Positions 49,200-59,055 are shown, counted from the first letter of the stretch. The stretch is 64,000 bases of DNA from an uncultured Actinomycetota bacterium (GCA_963759255.1 CAVWYQ010000001.1:696930-760929), one strand, 5' to 3'. The notes: generated by a model not told the origin, from the sequence alone. Program-made: numbers and translations.

Positions 49200-50282
49200 T
49201 CACGGCAGCTGGTCGACGAAGCTCATGTCGACGACGGTCTCGAAGGTGACCGGGACGGCCGAGTCGTCGAGGATCTGGCCCGAGCGGGCCACCTCCAGCG
49301 CGGTCTCGGCCGCCTCGGGGGTGATCACGGACCCGTTCCACAGCGAGTCGGCGTACGCGCGGTCGAGGGTGGCCTGGATGACCGCCGGGTCCAGGGTGGG
49401 GAACTCCGCCTGCGCCAGCTCGAAGGCGGCGTCGGGGTCGGACTCCACGAGCTCCTGGCCGCGGGCCAGCGCGGCGACGAAGGCCTGCGTCGTCTCGGGG
49501 TCGTCGTCCACGGTCTCCTGCTGCACGACGATCACGGAGTAGGCGTAGGGGCCCAGCAGCTCCAGCGGGTTGAGGAACGGCTCCGACCAGATCCCCTGCT
49601 CGATGCCCTGGCCCAGCAGCGGCTCGCTGGTGACGGCGACGTCCGCCTGGCCGGCCTGCATGATCGACAGGACGGCGCCGGAGTCCTCGCTCTCGATGAG
49701 GGTGACGTCCTCGTCGGGGTCCAGGCCCGCGTCGATGAGGATGTAGCGGAGGATCGCGTTCGGCGTGCCCCCGAACCGGCCGCCCGCGATCGTCTTCCCG
49801 CGCAGGAACCCGCCGAGGTCGGTGCCGTCCCACTCGACGCCCGGAGGGGCCGTGAAGTACACGTTGCCCCGGTCCACGACGTTGGCCACGGACACGAGGT
49901 CCGCGCCGCGGACGTTGGCCACGCCTGCGGACTCGGGGCCGCCGATGAAGCCCCAGACCTCGCCGGAGAGCAGGCCGTTCACGTGGCCGCCACCGGTCAG
50001 GGTGGTGACGGTCACCTCCAGGCCCTCCTCGGCGAAGTAGCCCTCCGCCGCGGCGGCGTACAGGGGCAGGTACCCCAGGCTGTGGACGGGCTCGGCGATG
50101 GTCAGCGAGGTCAGCTCGCCGTCGGCCGCTGCGGCCTCGGCGTCGGCCACCGGCTCGAGCGCCGCCAGGGAGGCGCCGCTGCCGGCGGACGTGCTGCCGC
50201 CGCTGCTGCCGCACGCGGCCAGGGCGAGGGCGGCCGCGCAGGCCAGGAGCAGGGATCCGGGACGGGTGCGGGTGCGGGTCAT
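49200..50282 (-). CDS. ABC substrate-binding lipoprotein (SsuA/THI5/NMT1 type)
   Basis: Lipobox LAAC; YLPLYAA..GYFAEEGLEV. Confidence 0.9.
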   Translation of the reverse strand: MTRTRTRPGSLLLACAAALALAACGSSGGSTSAGSGASLAALEPVADAEAAAADGELTSLTIAEPVHSLGYLPLYAAAAEGYFAEEGLEVTVTTLTGGGHVNGLLSGEVWGFIGGPESAGVANVRGADLVSVANVVDRGNVYFTAPPGVEWDGTDLGGFLRGKTIAGGRFGGTPNAILRYILIDAGLDPDEDVTLIESEDSGAVLSIMQAGQADVAVTSEPLLGQGIEQGIWSEPFLNPLELLGPYAYSVIVVQQETVDDDPETTQAFVAALARGQELVESDPDAAFELAQAEFPTLDPAVIQATLDRAYADSLWNGSVITPEAAETALEVARSGQILDDSAVPVTFETVVDMSFVDQLP

Positions 50283-50283
50283 G

Positions 50284-51204
50284 TCAGCGCCTTTCGGACG
50301 AGGAGTGGAGGAAGCCACGGAGCAGGCGGCGCTCGACGGCGGCGACGATCAGGTACAGGCCCATGGACAGGGCGGCCAGGGTGAAGATCCCGACCCAGAT
50401 CAGGGCGATGTCGTAGGTCGAGCCGGCGTACTGGATCATCCGGCCGAGCCCGGCCGTCGAGCCGATGTACTCCCCGACGATGGCTCCGGTCAGCGCCAGG
50501 CCGATCGCCACCCGGAGGCTGCCCGCGACCCAGGGCAGGGTGGACGGCACGACGACGGTCCGGAAGACCTGCCACCGGGTGGCACCCAGGGAGTACAGGA
50601 GCGTCACGAGGTCGCGGTCGACCGCCTTGACCGCCGCGTAGGTGTTCAGGGTCTGGATGACGATCACCAGCGCGGTGGCCATGGCGATCTTCGAGCCGAT
50701 CCCCAGGCCGAGGACGAGGACGACGATCGGGGCCAGGGCCAGCTTGGGCATCGCCTCGAAGGCGATGATCAGCGGCTCCGCGGTGAGCGCGTACCGCCGC
50801 GACCACCAGAACGACAGCCCGATCGTGACCCCGCCGACGATCCCGATGACGAACCCGCCGATGGTCGAGGCGAAGGTGAAGAGGGTGTTGTCGAGCATGT
50901 CGCCGTCGGACCAGGCCTGGACCGCCGTGGACCAGATGGCCGTCGGCTGGCTCCAGAAGAACGGGTCGATGGCGCCGGCGCGCACACCGACCTCCCAGCC
51001 GACGACGATCGCGACGAGCACCCCGAGACGCGACACCGTGAGCTGGAGCGCGCTCGGGTCCTTGCCCGCGAGGTCGCGAGGACGGCGGTCGGGCTGGTGG
51101 CGCGGGAGCTCGTCGAGCATGCGCAGGCTGTCTGCGGCGGTGCCGGGACGCGGTGGCGCGGGGGTCGTGGACAGCGCACCGGAGGTGGGGACGGTCGAGG
51201 TCAT
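50284..51204 (-). CDS. ABC permease (TauC/SsuC type)
   Basis: PKLALAP, LGATRWQVF, GAIVGEY. Confidence 0.92.
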   Translation of the reverse strand: MTSTVPTSGALSTTPAPPRPGTAADSLRMLDELPRHQPDRRPRDLAGKDPSALQLTVSRLGVLVAIVVGWEVGVRAGAIDPFFWSQPTAIWSTAVQAWSDGDMLDNTLFTFASTIGGFVIGIVGGVTIGLSFWWSRRYALTAEPLIIAFEAMPKLALAPIVVLVLGLGIGSKIAMATALVIVIQTLNTYAAVKAVDRDLVTLLYSLGATRWQVFRTVVVPSTLPWVAGSLRVAIGLALTGAIVGEYIGSTAGLGRMIQYAGSTYDIALIWVGIFTLAALSMGLYLIVAAVERRLLRGFLHSSSERR

Positions 51205-51211
51205 GCTCGCC

Positions 51212-52027
51212 TCACCCGCTCGCGGTGGCGGCGTGGTCGAGCAGGGCCCGGGTCTCGGCCTTGAGCGCGACGAACTCCGGGCTCGTGGTGACCGACGGCT
51301 TGCGCGGCCTGGCCAGGGGGACCTCGAAGGAGGAGACGATCCGCCCCGGGCGGGCCGACATCACGTAGACGCGGTCGGAGAGGTAGATCGCCTCGTCGAT
51401 GTCATGGGTGACGAAGAGGACCGTCTTGCGGAAGTCGTCCCACAGGTCGAGCAACCACTCCTGCATCTTCTCGCGGGTCTGCGCGTCCAGGGCCCCGAAG
51501 GGCTCGTCGAGCAGGATGACGTCGCGGTTGAACAGGATGGTGCGCAGCAGGGCGACCCGTTGGCGCATCCCGCCCGACAGCTGGCTCGGGTACCGGTCCT
51601 CGAACCCGCCCAGGCCGTAGGTCTGCAGCAGCGGCCGGGCGATCGCCTCGGCCTTGGCCCTGCCCACGCCGGAGATCTCCAGGCCGAGCACCACGTTCGC
51701 GAGCACGGTGCGCCACGGCAGCAGCAGGTCCTTCTGGAGCATGTACCCGACCAGGCCCTGCTGCCCGGACCGGTCGGTCCCGTCGATGAGGACGCGGCCC
51801 TCGGTGGGGGTGTCCAGCCCGGCGATCAGGCTGAACAGGGTGCTCTTGCCGCACCCGCTCGGGCCGATCAGCGAGATGAACTCGCCCTTCTGCACGTGCA
51901 GGTCCGCACCCACGAGGGCGTGGACCACACCGGAGTCGGCGCTGGTGAAGGTTCGGGAGACCCCCTCGACGGCGAGCTGGGGGGTGGCGACGGACAGGGA
52001 TGTGGGCGCCTCGGCAACCGCCTGCAT
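51212..52027 (-). CDS. ABC ATP-binding protein (TauB/SsuB type)
   Basis: GPSGCGKST, LSGGMRQR, LLDEPFGALD, VTHD. Confidence 0.95.
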   Translation of the reverse strand: MQAVAEAPTSLSVATPQLAVEGVSRTFTSADSGVVHALVGADLHVQKGEFISLIGPSGCGKSTLFSLIAGLDTPTEGRVLIDGTDRSGQQGLVGYMLQKDLLLPWRTVLANVVLGLEISGVGRAKAEAIARPLLQTYGLGGFEDRYPSQLSGGMRQRVALLRTILFNRDVILLDEPFGALDAQTREKMQEWLLDLWDDFRKTVLFVTHDIDEAIYLSDRVYVMSARPGRIVSSFEVPLARPRKPSVTTSPEFVALKAETRALLDHAATASG

Positions 52028-52119
52028 GGCAACTCCTCTCAGACATCCTGTGATCTATAGGATGCGAGGAGCGTGACGCAGCGCTGTTTCTCCCGGCCGC
52101 GTCCGGGGTGAACTCTGGG

Positions 52120-52848
52120 TTACGGGCGCTGCCCGCCGAGCCGCTCCCGGGCGGGGTTGAGGTGGTCGAGCATGAACCGCGCCGCGGCGTCCTCGTCGCC
52201 GGAGGCCAGCGCGTCCAGCAGCGAGCGGTGGCCCGCGTGCGGCGCGCTGACGTCCAGGTGCTCGCGGATGACGGCGGACTGGAACGGCCCGCTGGCGTTG
52301 CGCAGGTTGCGAAGGATCTCTGCCAGGCGGGGCGACCCGCACGCGTCGATGAGCACCAGGTGCAGCGAGCGGTGCAGCTCCAGCCACCGGGTGTGGTCCT
52401 GCTCCGCGTCCAGCCGGTCGTGCAGCCGCGCGGCCTGCTCCAGCTGCGCCGGTGTCGCGCTGCGGGCGGCCCACCGCATGGCCAGCGGCTCCAGGACCAG
52501 CCGCAGGTCCCAGATGTCGCGCGCCTCGTCGACGTCGACCACCCGGACCGTGGCCCCACGGTGCGGGTCGAAGGCGACGAGACCCTCGTTGACCAGGTCG
52601 CGGAGGGCTTCGCGGACGGGGGTGACGCTGACGCTCAGCTCCTCCGCCAGCTCGGTCTGCACCAGCCGTTCCCCGGGAGGCAGCGCGCCCAGCACGATCG
52701 CCTCGCGCAGCGTGTCCCGGACGTGCTCGTGCGTGGTGCGTCGCACCCCGTCGTGCAGCCGGGCCAGCTCGAAACGCGCCACGGTGGCCTCCTTCCCGGG
52801 CGCCGACCCTACCCAGGGCCGCTGAGTCGGCGTGTCGTGGTCGTCCAC
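52120..52848 (-). CDS. GntR/FCD transcriptional regulator
   Basis: LPPGERL..ELAEELSVS.TPVREAL..L..EGLV. Confidence 0.92.
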   Translation of the reverse strand: MDDHDTPTQRPWVGSAPGKEATVARFELARLHDGVRRTTHEHVRDTLREAIVLGALPPGERLVQTELAEELSVSVTPVREALRDLVNEGLVAFDPHRGATVRVVDVDEARDIWDLRLVLEPLAMRWAARSATPAQLEQAARLHDRLDAEQDHTRWLELHRSLHLVLIDACGSPRLAEILRNLRNASGPFQSAVIREHLDVSAPHAGHRSLLDALASGDEDAAARFMLDHLNPARERLGGQRP

Positions 52849-52928
52849 GCGATCTCGACCCCGCCGAGGCCCTGGTGCGGGTGCGGCCGACGTCGCCTCG
52901 GGGCCGGGCCGGCAGGCGCCGGCGGCCG

Positions 52929-53621
52929 TCAGGTGTCGCGGCCCGGCAGTCCGGGCGGCGGGACCAGGCCGTGCTCGTGCGCGAAGACCACGACCTGGAC
53001 GCGGTCGCGCAGCCCGAGCTTGCGCAGGACGGCCCCGACGTGGGTCTTGACGGTCGACTCCGACGCGAACACCTGTCCGGCGACGTCGGCGTTGGACAGG
53101 CCCCGCGCGACGGCGTCGAACACCTGACGCTCCTTGTCGGTGAGGGTCGCGAAGGCCCCCGGCGGCGGTGCCGGTGCCCGGAACTGCTGCTCCAGCAGGG
53201 CCGCCAGGTCGCGGGGAGCCAGGACGGCGTTGCCGGAGTGCACCGTCCGGATGGCGTCGCGCAGCTGGAGCGGGGTGGTGTCCTTGAGCAGGAAGCCGCT
53301 CGCGCCGTGACGGACCGCCGTGGCCGCACGGTCGTCCAGGTCGAACGTGGTGAGGACGAGGACCCGGACCGGGGACGACCGCCTGGCCACCCGGGCCGGG
53401 GAGCAGATCTGGCGCGTCGCCTCGACCCCGTCCATCTGGGGCATGCGGATGTCCATGAGCACGACGTCGGGGGACAGCTCGTCGACGAGCCGCACCGCCT
53501 CCCGCCCGTCGGCCGCCGACCCGACCACGCGCATCCCCTCCTGGGCGTCGACGATGACGCGGACCCCCTCCCGGAACAGGTCCTGGTCGTCGACCAGGAG
53601 CACCGTGATCTCCTCGCTCAC
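52929..53621 (-). CDS. NarL-family response regulator
   Basis: DDQDLFR, MDIRMP, TVKTHV..LRDRVQ. Confidence 0.95.
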   Translation of the reverse strand: MSEEITVLLVDDQDLFREGVRVIVDAQEGMRVVGSAADGREAVRLVDELSPDVVLMDIRMPQMDGVEATRQICSPARVARRSSPVRVLVLTTFDLDDRAATAVRHGASGFLLKDTTPLQLRDAIRTVHSGNAVLAPRDLAALLEQQFRAPAPPPGAFATLTDKERQVFDAVARGLSNADVAGQVFASESTVKTHVGAVLRKLGLRDRVQVVVFAHEHGLVPPPGLPGRDT

Positions 53622-54913
53622 CGCGGCATCATGTCGCCCGTCACGTCGCCCGTCACATCACCCGTCGAGCCGCCTCGTGGTCGCACCGGGACCCACGCCG
53701 TCACGGTGAACGTCGGACCCTCCGACGTCTCCCGGGGTCGCACGTCCAGCCGGCCGCCGACCGACTCCAGACGCCGGCGCATCCCGTCCAGACCCTGGCC
53801 GCGGACGGCCCCGTCGTCGGTGTCCTGGCGCTCCGGGTCCACGCCGTTGCCGACCTCGATCCGCAGGTCGTCGCCGTGGCGCCCCTGCGGCCAGTGCCGC
53901 TCGACGACGACGGGCTCCCCGCGACGGCCGTGCCGGACGGCGTTGGTCAGCATCTCCTGCAGGACGTGGAACGCGACGACCTCGAGCTCGGGGGGCAGCG
54001 GCTGGGCGGTGCCGGACTCGTAGGACACGATCTCGTGGCCGCTGGCGCGCACCCCCTCGACGAGCTGGTCGAGCCCACCGGGGCGCGGCACGGGCTGCGT
54101 GGCGGTGAGCACGGCCCGCACGTCCTGCAGGGACGTGCGCGCGGAGGTCGCGACCGTCGCCAGGGTGGCCTTGAGCGCGGCAGGGTCGTCGTCGGGCAGG
54201 AACTGCGCCGACTCCGCCTGGGCCAGGATCACGGCCAGCGAGTGCCCCACGACGTCGTGGACATCGGTGGCGAGCCGGGCCTGCGCCTCGCGGAGCCGGG
54301 CGATCTCCCGGGCCTGCTCCGACTCGCGGTGCGCCCGCGCGGCGTCCTGCTCGGCCGCGACCCGCGAGCCCTCGGAGCGCCGGGCCCGGGAGACCGCCCG
54401 CACCACCAGCCCGCCCAGCCAGGGCAGCGCGAGCAGGGACGCCCCGAGCACGGCCAGCCCGCCCACCACCCCGGCACGGCCGGGGCCGGGCACGCTCAGC
54501 ACGAGCCCCCGCAGGACGCCCAGGTCGGCGACCACCGCGACCCGGCCCGTCACCAGCAGCCACCCGCCGACGAGGGCCGCGACCGGGATGGACACGCCGC
54601 CGAGCACCACGGTGGCGGGGCTGCCCCAGCGGGCGCACCCGAACGCCACGACGGCCACCGCGAGCTCCACGGTCAGGACGGGCACCCCGGCCACGACGTG
54701 GCCGAGCGCCACCAGCCAGACGAGCACCAACGACGCACCGGGGGCCCGGCGCACCAGGAGGAGGGCTGCGGCAAGCCCGAGCAGCAGCACGAGCACGGCC
54801 AGCACCGAGACGAAGGGGCGGTTGCCCGACGCGGCCTGCAGCAGACCCAGGACCAGCACCGCAGCGGCACCACCGGCCTCGGGCGCCCACGCCCGCCACA
54901 CCGTCGGGTTCAC
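53618..54913 (-). CDS. HisKA_3 membrane sensor histidine kinase
   Basis: DVHDVVGHSL, QEMLTNAVRHG, GQGLDGMRRR. Confidence 0.92.
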   Translation of the reverse strand: MNPTVWRAWAPEAGGAAAVLVLGLLQAASGNRPFVSVLAVLVLLLGLAAALLLVRRAPGASLVLVWLVALGHVVAGVPVLTVELAVAVVAFGCARWGSPATVVLGGVSIPVAALVGGWLLVTGRVAVVADLGVLRGLVLSVPGPGRAGVVGGLAVLGASLLALPWLGGLVVRAVSRARRSEGSRVAAEQDAARAHRESEQAREIARLREAQARLATDVHDVVGHSLAVILAQAESAQFLPDDDPAALKATLATVATSARTSLQDVRAVLTATQPVPRPGGLDQLVEGVRASGHEIVSYESGTAQPLPPELEVVAFHVLQEMLTNAVRHGRRGEPVVVERHWPQGRHGDDLRIEVGNGVDPERQDTDDGAVRGQGLDGMRRRLESVGGRLDVRPRETSEGPTFTVTAWVPVRPRGGSTGDVTGDVTGDMMPR

Positions 54914-55166
54914 GCCGGCACCCGGGAGCCGGAGACCGCCGGCACGGCGTGCGGCGCCTCGGTCAGGCGAGCGATGGCAGGACCTCCGGCCGGACGGGGA
55001 CGGGGACGTGGCCGCCAGCGCACCAGGTGGGTCGTCATGGTCACCACCGTGGGGCGGACACGCTGTCAGGACCTCCCCCGGGGGTACCGGCGGCCGGTAC
55101 CTCAGGTCAGGGTCTCCAACCGTGCGGCGGAGGCATCGACGTCGTGCGGAGGCGAGGCTGGCCGGC

Positions 55167-55826
55167 GTGACCCCGACCCTGCCCTCGACCCTGACCAGCG
55201 TGACCGCGACCCGCCCCGCACCCGTGATCGCGACCGCCGCTGCGGCCACAGCCGTCGGCCTGGCCGTCGGCTCCGCCACCTCGTTCCTGCAGACGGTCCT
55301 GCCACCCCCCTTCGAGGGGCTCGCCAACGCCGTGTCCCCCTGGCTGATGGCGCCGACCGCCGTCGGCCTGCTGCTGGCGCGACGACGTGGGGACGCGGTG
55401 CTGCTCGGCGTCCTCACCTGCGCCGCCCAGGTGGTGGGCTACTACGTGACCGCCGACCTCCGCGGGTTCGGGGTGGGCAGCGCCTACGTGATCGTGTGGA
55501 CGGTGGCCGCGGTCGTCGGCGGGCCGGTGTTCGCGCTGCTGGGACGGCTGACGCGTGTGGCCGACGGGCGGTGGCGAGGAGTGGGTCCCGCCGCCGTGGC
55601 CGCGCTCTGGGCCGCCGAGGCCCTGGTCCAGTACCTGGTCGTGCTGGGCTACCGCGACGACGCGGCCGTCTTCGGCTGCGTGTCCGTGGTCCTGCTCGTC
55701 GTGCTCGGCCGGTCCGCCCGTCAGCTCCGGCCGGCGGTGCTGTGGTTCCCGGTCGCCCTGGCGGCGGGCGCGCTGGCGTTCGCCGGCCTGACGGTCCTGC
55801 TGCAGGCGGGGCCGCCGAGCGTGTGA
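55167..55826 (+). CDS. Membrane protein (DUF6518-like), divergent from the two-component system
   Basis: TSFLQTVLP..LANAVSPWL..GYY; about 6 TMs. Confidence 0.72.
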   Translation: MTPTLPSTLTSVTATRPAPVIATAAAATAVGLAVGSATSFLQTVLPPPFEGLANAVSPWLMAPTAVGLLLARRRGDAVLLGVLTCAAQVVGYYVTADLRGFGVGSAYVIVWTVAAVVGGPVFALLGRLTRVADGRWRGVGPAAVAALWAAEALVQYLVVLGYRDDAAVFGCVSVVLLVVLGRSARQLRPAVLWFPVALAAGALAFAGLTVLLQAGPPSV

Positions 55827-55834
55827 CCTCCCGG

Positions 55835-56803
55835 TCAGGACGTCGCCGCGCGGTGCGTGGCGGCGGGTGACCGGGACGCGGTGACGTCCGTCGGGTCCGC
55901 GGCGACCAGGACCCCTGGGCCGGCCGCGGGCCAGGTCAGGCCGCGGCGCTGCGACGGCAGCCCCGGGGTGGTCGGCCGGTCGTCCGTCCTCGGTAGGTGG
56001 CTGGGGACGGCCAGCACGGGGCACCCGGCCTGCTCGAGCAGCCGCGCAAGTGGGTCGTCGGGGTCGCCGCGCCGGCCACCGGCCCCGTCGACGTCCACGT
56101 CCCTGACGACGAGCCGCGACCCGAGCCCGGCCACGACACCCGGCTCGTCGCCCTCGACCACCAGCTCGTCGACGTGGCGGTACGCCAGGACCCCCGCCTC
56201 CCTCAGCGCCCGGTGCAGGACGGAGCCGGCATGGGAGTACAGCTGGCTGGGCGGGTACACGCCGGCAGGGACGACGCGGACGACGCGCAGCGTGTCCGCC
56301 GTGGGGGCGGCCTCGTCGACAGCCAACCGGGCCGCAGCCTGGTAGAGGGGCACCGAGGCCGACAGCACGACGGTGTGCGACGCCGCTGGCGCAGCGTGCA
56401 GACCGGGGTGGACGAGCAAGGCCGGCCGCCCCGCCTGGAACCTCGCCTCGATCACCCACCGCCGGGCGTCGACGACTGCACCCGGAGCCTCGTGCGCGTC
56501 TGGTAACGACGCCACGAGCAGGCCCGGCTCGGCCAGCAGACGCTCGGCGCGGGCGACGTCGGGGGCGACGAGCCTGAAGAGCAAGACGGGGCCGCGTGCG
56601 TGCTGCTGCAGGGTCGCTGCCGCTTGTGCGGCGGTCACGGTCCCTGGCCGGAGCGGCGGACGGTAGTCGCGGAGGGCGACGTCGGCGACGAACGCGTGGC
56701 CCGGGTGACCGTCCAGGCGCTGGACAGCTGCCGCGACGACCGCCTCGTCGTCCGGGGAGCCGTCCAGGAGCACGAGCAGGCGGTCCTCCGCCCAGGCCGT
56801 CAT
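55835..56803 (-). CDS. Degenerate USP-like protein
   Basis: LLVLLDGS, PALLVH, AGCPVLAVP; coupled to the DUF1918 gene. Confidence 0.55.
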   Translation of the reverse strand: MTAWAEDRLLVLLDGSPDDEAVVAAAVQRLDGHPGHAFVADVALRDYRPPLRPGTVTAAQAAATLQQHARGPVLLFRLVAPDVARAERLLAEPGLLVASLPDAHEAPGAVVDARRWVIEARFQAGRPALLVHPGLHAAPAASHTVVLSASVPLYQAAARLAVDEAAPTADTLRVVRVVPAGVYPPSQLYSHAGSVLHRALREAGVLAYRHVDELVVEGDEPGVVAGLGSRLVVRDVDVDGAGGRRGDPDDPLARLLEQAGCPVLAVPSHLPRTDDRPTTPGLPSQRRGLTWPAAGPGVLVAADPTDVTASRSPAATHRAATS

Positions 56804-57060
56804 GTCCGCGCCGCGATCGTCGCACCGGCGCCCGGGAACACCAGGCTGACGCGACCGTCGCTCGACCACCGGACGAGGTACGGCGGGCCGCCACCAGGAC
56901 CGCGCACCTCCAGGATCTCCCCGTCTCGCGCGGGGACTCCGGCGACGCAGCTGTGCATCACCAGACGGGACCCCGGGTGCACCGCGCCGCCGGCGACGTC
57001 GGGGACGGGTGCGGTCGCTCCGGTCCGAGGTCCGGTGCCGTCGGACCCGCTGCGCGTCAT
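56800..57060 (-). CDS. DUF1918 (Rv0569-like) protein
   Basis: GSRLVMH..RDGEILEVRG..GGPPYLVRWS.DG..SLVFPG. Confidence 0.85.
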   Translation of the reverse strand: MTRSGSDGTGPRTGATAPVPDVAGGAVHPGSRLVMHSCVAGVPARDGEILEVRGPGGGPPYLVRWSSDGRVSLVFPGAGATIAART

Positions 57061-57455
57061 GTGCGGGCCACCGGGACGCGGCGGGCGTGGTCGCCGGGTG
57101 CGGGCAGGCGGACCTCGAGGATCCCGTCGCGGTAGGAGGCGGACACCACGTCGGCGGTGGCACCGCGAGGCAGCGGCAGACGCCGGGTGGGGCTGCCGTA
57201 GCGGAGCTCGCTGCGGCGCTGCCCGCCCCGGGTGCGGGCGGTGCTGGCCTCCTGACGGTGCACGTGGATGGACAGCATGCCGTCGTCGGTATCGGGGCAC
57301 AGGTCCAGCAGCCGCCCGCCCACCACGGGCCGGCCGGGCCACGCAGGCCGACCTTGGGAGGTCCGGGCGTCGGCGGGCTGGTCAGGCGACCCCTGGGCGG
57401 ACGAGGCCGAGGAGCGCGGTGCTGGGGCGGCGGGTTGGTCGGGGAGGGCGGTCAT
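57057..57455 (-). pseudogene. Internally deleted duplicate of hsp20
   Basis: Near-identical to 31290-31907 in the 3' half, lacking 43 codons (LREV...EVTV). Confidence 0.8.
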
Positions 57456-57577
57456 GCGTGTCTCCTCTGGAGTACGGGAGCCGCGCTCCCGGCGGTGACG
57501 GCGGCCCAGGGGCGAGCCGGCGACGCGACCTGCGGAGATCGTGCTCACAGGGTGGCCCTCACGCGCCCCTGCGTCGG

Positions 57578-57591
57578 GGGACCTAGGTCCT
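57578..57591. promoter_or_regulatory. DosR-box-like site (duplicated with hsp20)
   Basis: GGGACCTAGGTCCT. Confidence 0.65.
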
Positions 57592-57862
57592 CGACGTGCG
57601 TCGTGACGAGCGACCAGGGGCCGAGGCCACGCAGCAGCCGGTCATGCCGACTGCGTGGCGAGGCGCACCCGGTGCTCCGTGCGCGGGCACGTCCCGACCG
57701 ACGACGGGCTCGGGCTCGTCGTCGACGTGGTCCTGTCCGGTCTGGACCGGGGCACGAGCACCCTGGAGCTCGGCCCTCGCATGCGGTAGGCATGCACCCA
57801 GGTCGCGGCGCCGGGCCGCGACCGGAGCGGCGGCCGTCTCCGGTCGCTGGAAGAGGTGCCCG

Positions 57863-58282
57863 ATGACCGACGGCAACGACTGGAACGCCCGGGTGATCGC
57901 CGAGTTCCGGGCCACCGGGGGGACCGTGGAGATCGGCGGGTTCGGGCGCCGGCTGGTGCTCGTCCACCACGTCGGCGCCTCGAGCGGCACCCACCGGGTC
58001 AGCCCCCTGTTCGCGCTCCGGAACGGAGCGGACGAGTGGTTCGTCGCGGCCTCCAAGGGCGGGGCGCCCAACGACCCCGCCTGGTACCGCAACCTGCTGG
58101 CCCACCCGTCCACCCGGATCGAGACCCCGGAGGCGGGCACCGTCGACGTCGAGGTGACGGAGCTCGAGGGCGAGGACCGCGACCGGGTCTGGGTGCAGTT
58201 CACGCAGGCCAGCCCGGGGTTCGCCGAGTACGAGCGGACCACCGACCGGACGATCCCGGTGCTCGCCCTCAGACGTCGATGA
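57863..58282 (+). CDS. F420H2-dependent (Ddn-like) nitroreductase/quinone reductase
   Basis: WNARVIAEFRA.GG, ASKGGAPNDPAWYRNL, FAEYE..T.RTIPV. Confidence 0.92.
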   Translation: MTDGNDWNARVIAEFRATGGTVEIGGFGRRLVLVHHVGASSGTHRVSPLFALRNGADEWFVAASKGGAPNDPAWYRNLLAHPSTRIETPEAGTVDVEVTELEGEDRDRVWVQFTQASPGFAEYERTTDRTIPVLALRRR

Positions 58283-58371
58283 GCCGTCCCACGCGTCCCC
58301 GCTGACCACGACCTCGTGGCTCCTGCCCGGTCCTCCCCGGCCGGGCCGCCACGCCCGACGCCTCGACACCG

Positions 58372-59055
58372 GTGGATCATGGGGTGGTGACCGGTACCCG
58401 CCCCGACGTGACGACCGCCCCGGACCCCAGCGCAGGCCCGGCGCAGGCGCGTGCCCGCGGGCCGCAGCGGGCGCTGCCGTGGGTGCTCACCGCCGGCGGG
58501 GCGGTCGGCGTGGTGGCGGCGACCGACCTCACCTACGAGCGGCTGCGCCTGGCCCTCGACCCGGCCTACGTCCCGTCGTGCTCGTTCAACCCGCTGCTGG
58601 ACTGCGGCGCGGTCGCCAGCAGCGCGCAGGCGAGCGTCCTGGGCGGCGGCTTCCCCAACACCCTGCTCGGCGTCATCGGGTTCTCGGTGCTGCTCACCCT
58701 CGGCGTGCTGATGCTGCTCGGGGTACGGCTGCCGACGCCGGTCCGCTGGGGGCTGCAGGTCGGTGCGGTGGCCGGGCTGGGGTTCGTCCACTGGCTCATC
58801 GCCGTCAGCGTCTTCCAGCTCGGGGTGCTGTGCCCGTGGTGCATCGCGGTGTGGGTGGTGGTGGTCCCCGTCGCCTGGTGCACGACCCTGGTGAACGCCC
58901 TGGAGGGGCTCTTCGGGACCCGCCTCGCGGGCAGCGGCACGGTGCGCGCCCTCGCCGCGGTGCCCCTCGCCCCGGTCCTGGTCTGGTACGCGGCGCTCCT
59001 GGCTCTCCTCGGGGTGGTCTTCGCCGAGCAGTGGGCGCTGCTGCTCGGCCTGTGA
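58372..59055 (+). CDS. Vitamin K epoxide reductase (VKOR) family protein (start uncertain)
   Basis: PSCSFNPLLDCG.V.SS, FPN, LCPWC. Confidence 0.93.
   Translation: MDHGVVTGTRPDVTTAPDPSAGPAQARARGPQRALPWVLTAGGAVGVVAATDLTYERLRLALDPAYVPSCSFNPLLDCGAVASSAQASVLGGGFPNTLLGVIGFSVLLTLGVLMLLGVRLPTPVRWGLQVGAVAGLGFVHWLIAVSVFQLGVLCPWCIAVWVVVVPVAWCTTLVNALEGLFGTRLAGSGTVRALAAVPLAPVLVWYAALLALLGVVFAEQWALLLGL

Noticed and set aside
57650-57790. Short ORF-like stretch (..DDGLGLVVDVVLSGLD..) reminiscent of a TetR C-terminus
   Set aside because: Too short, no clear start or RBS
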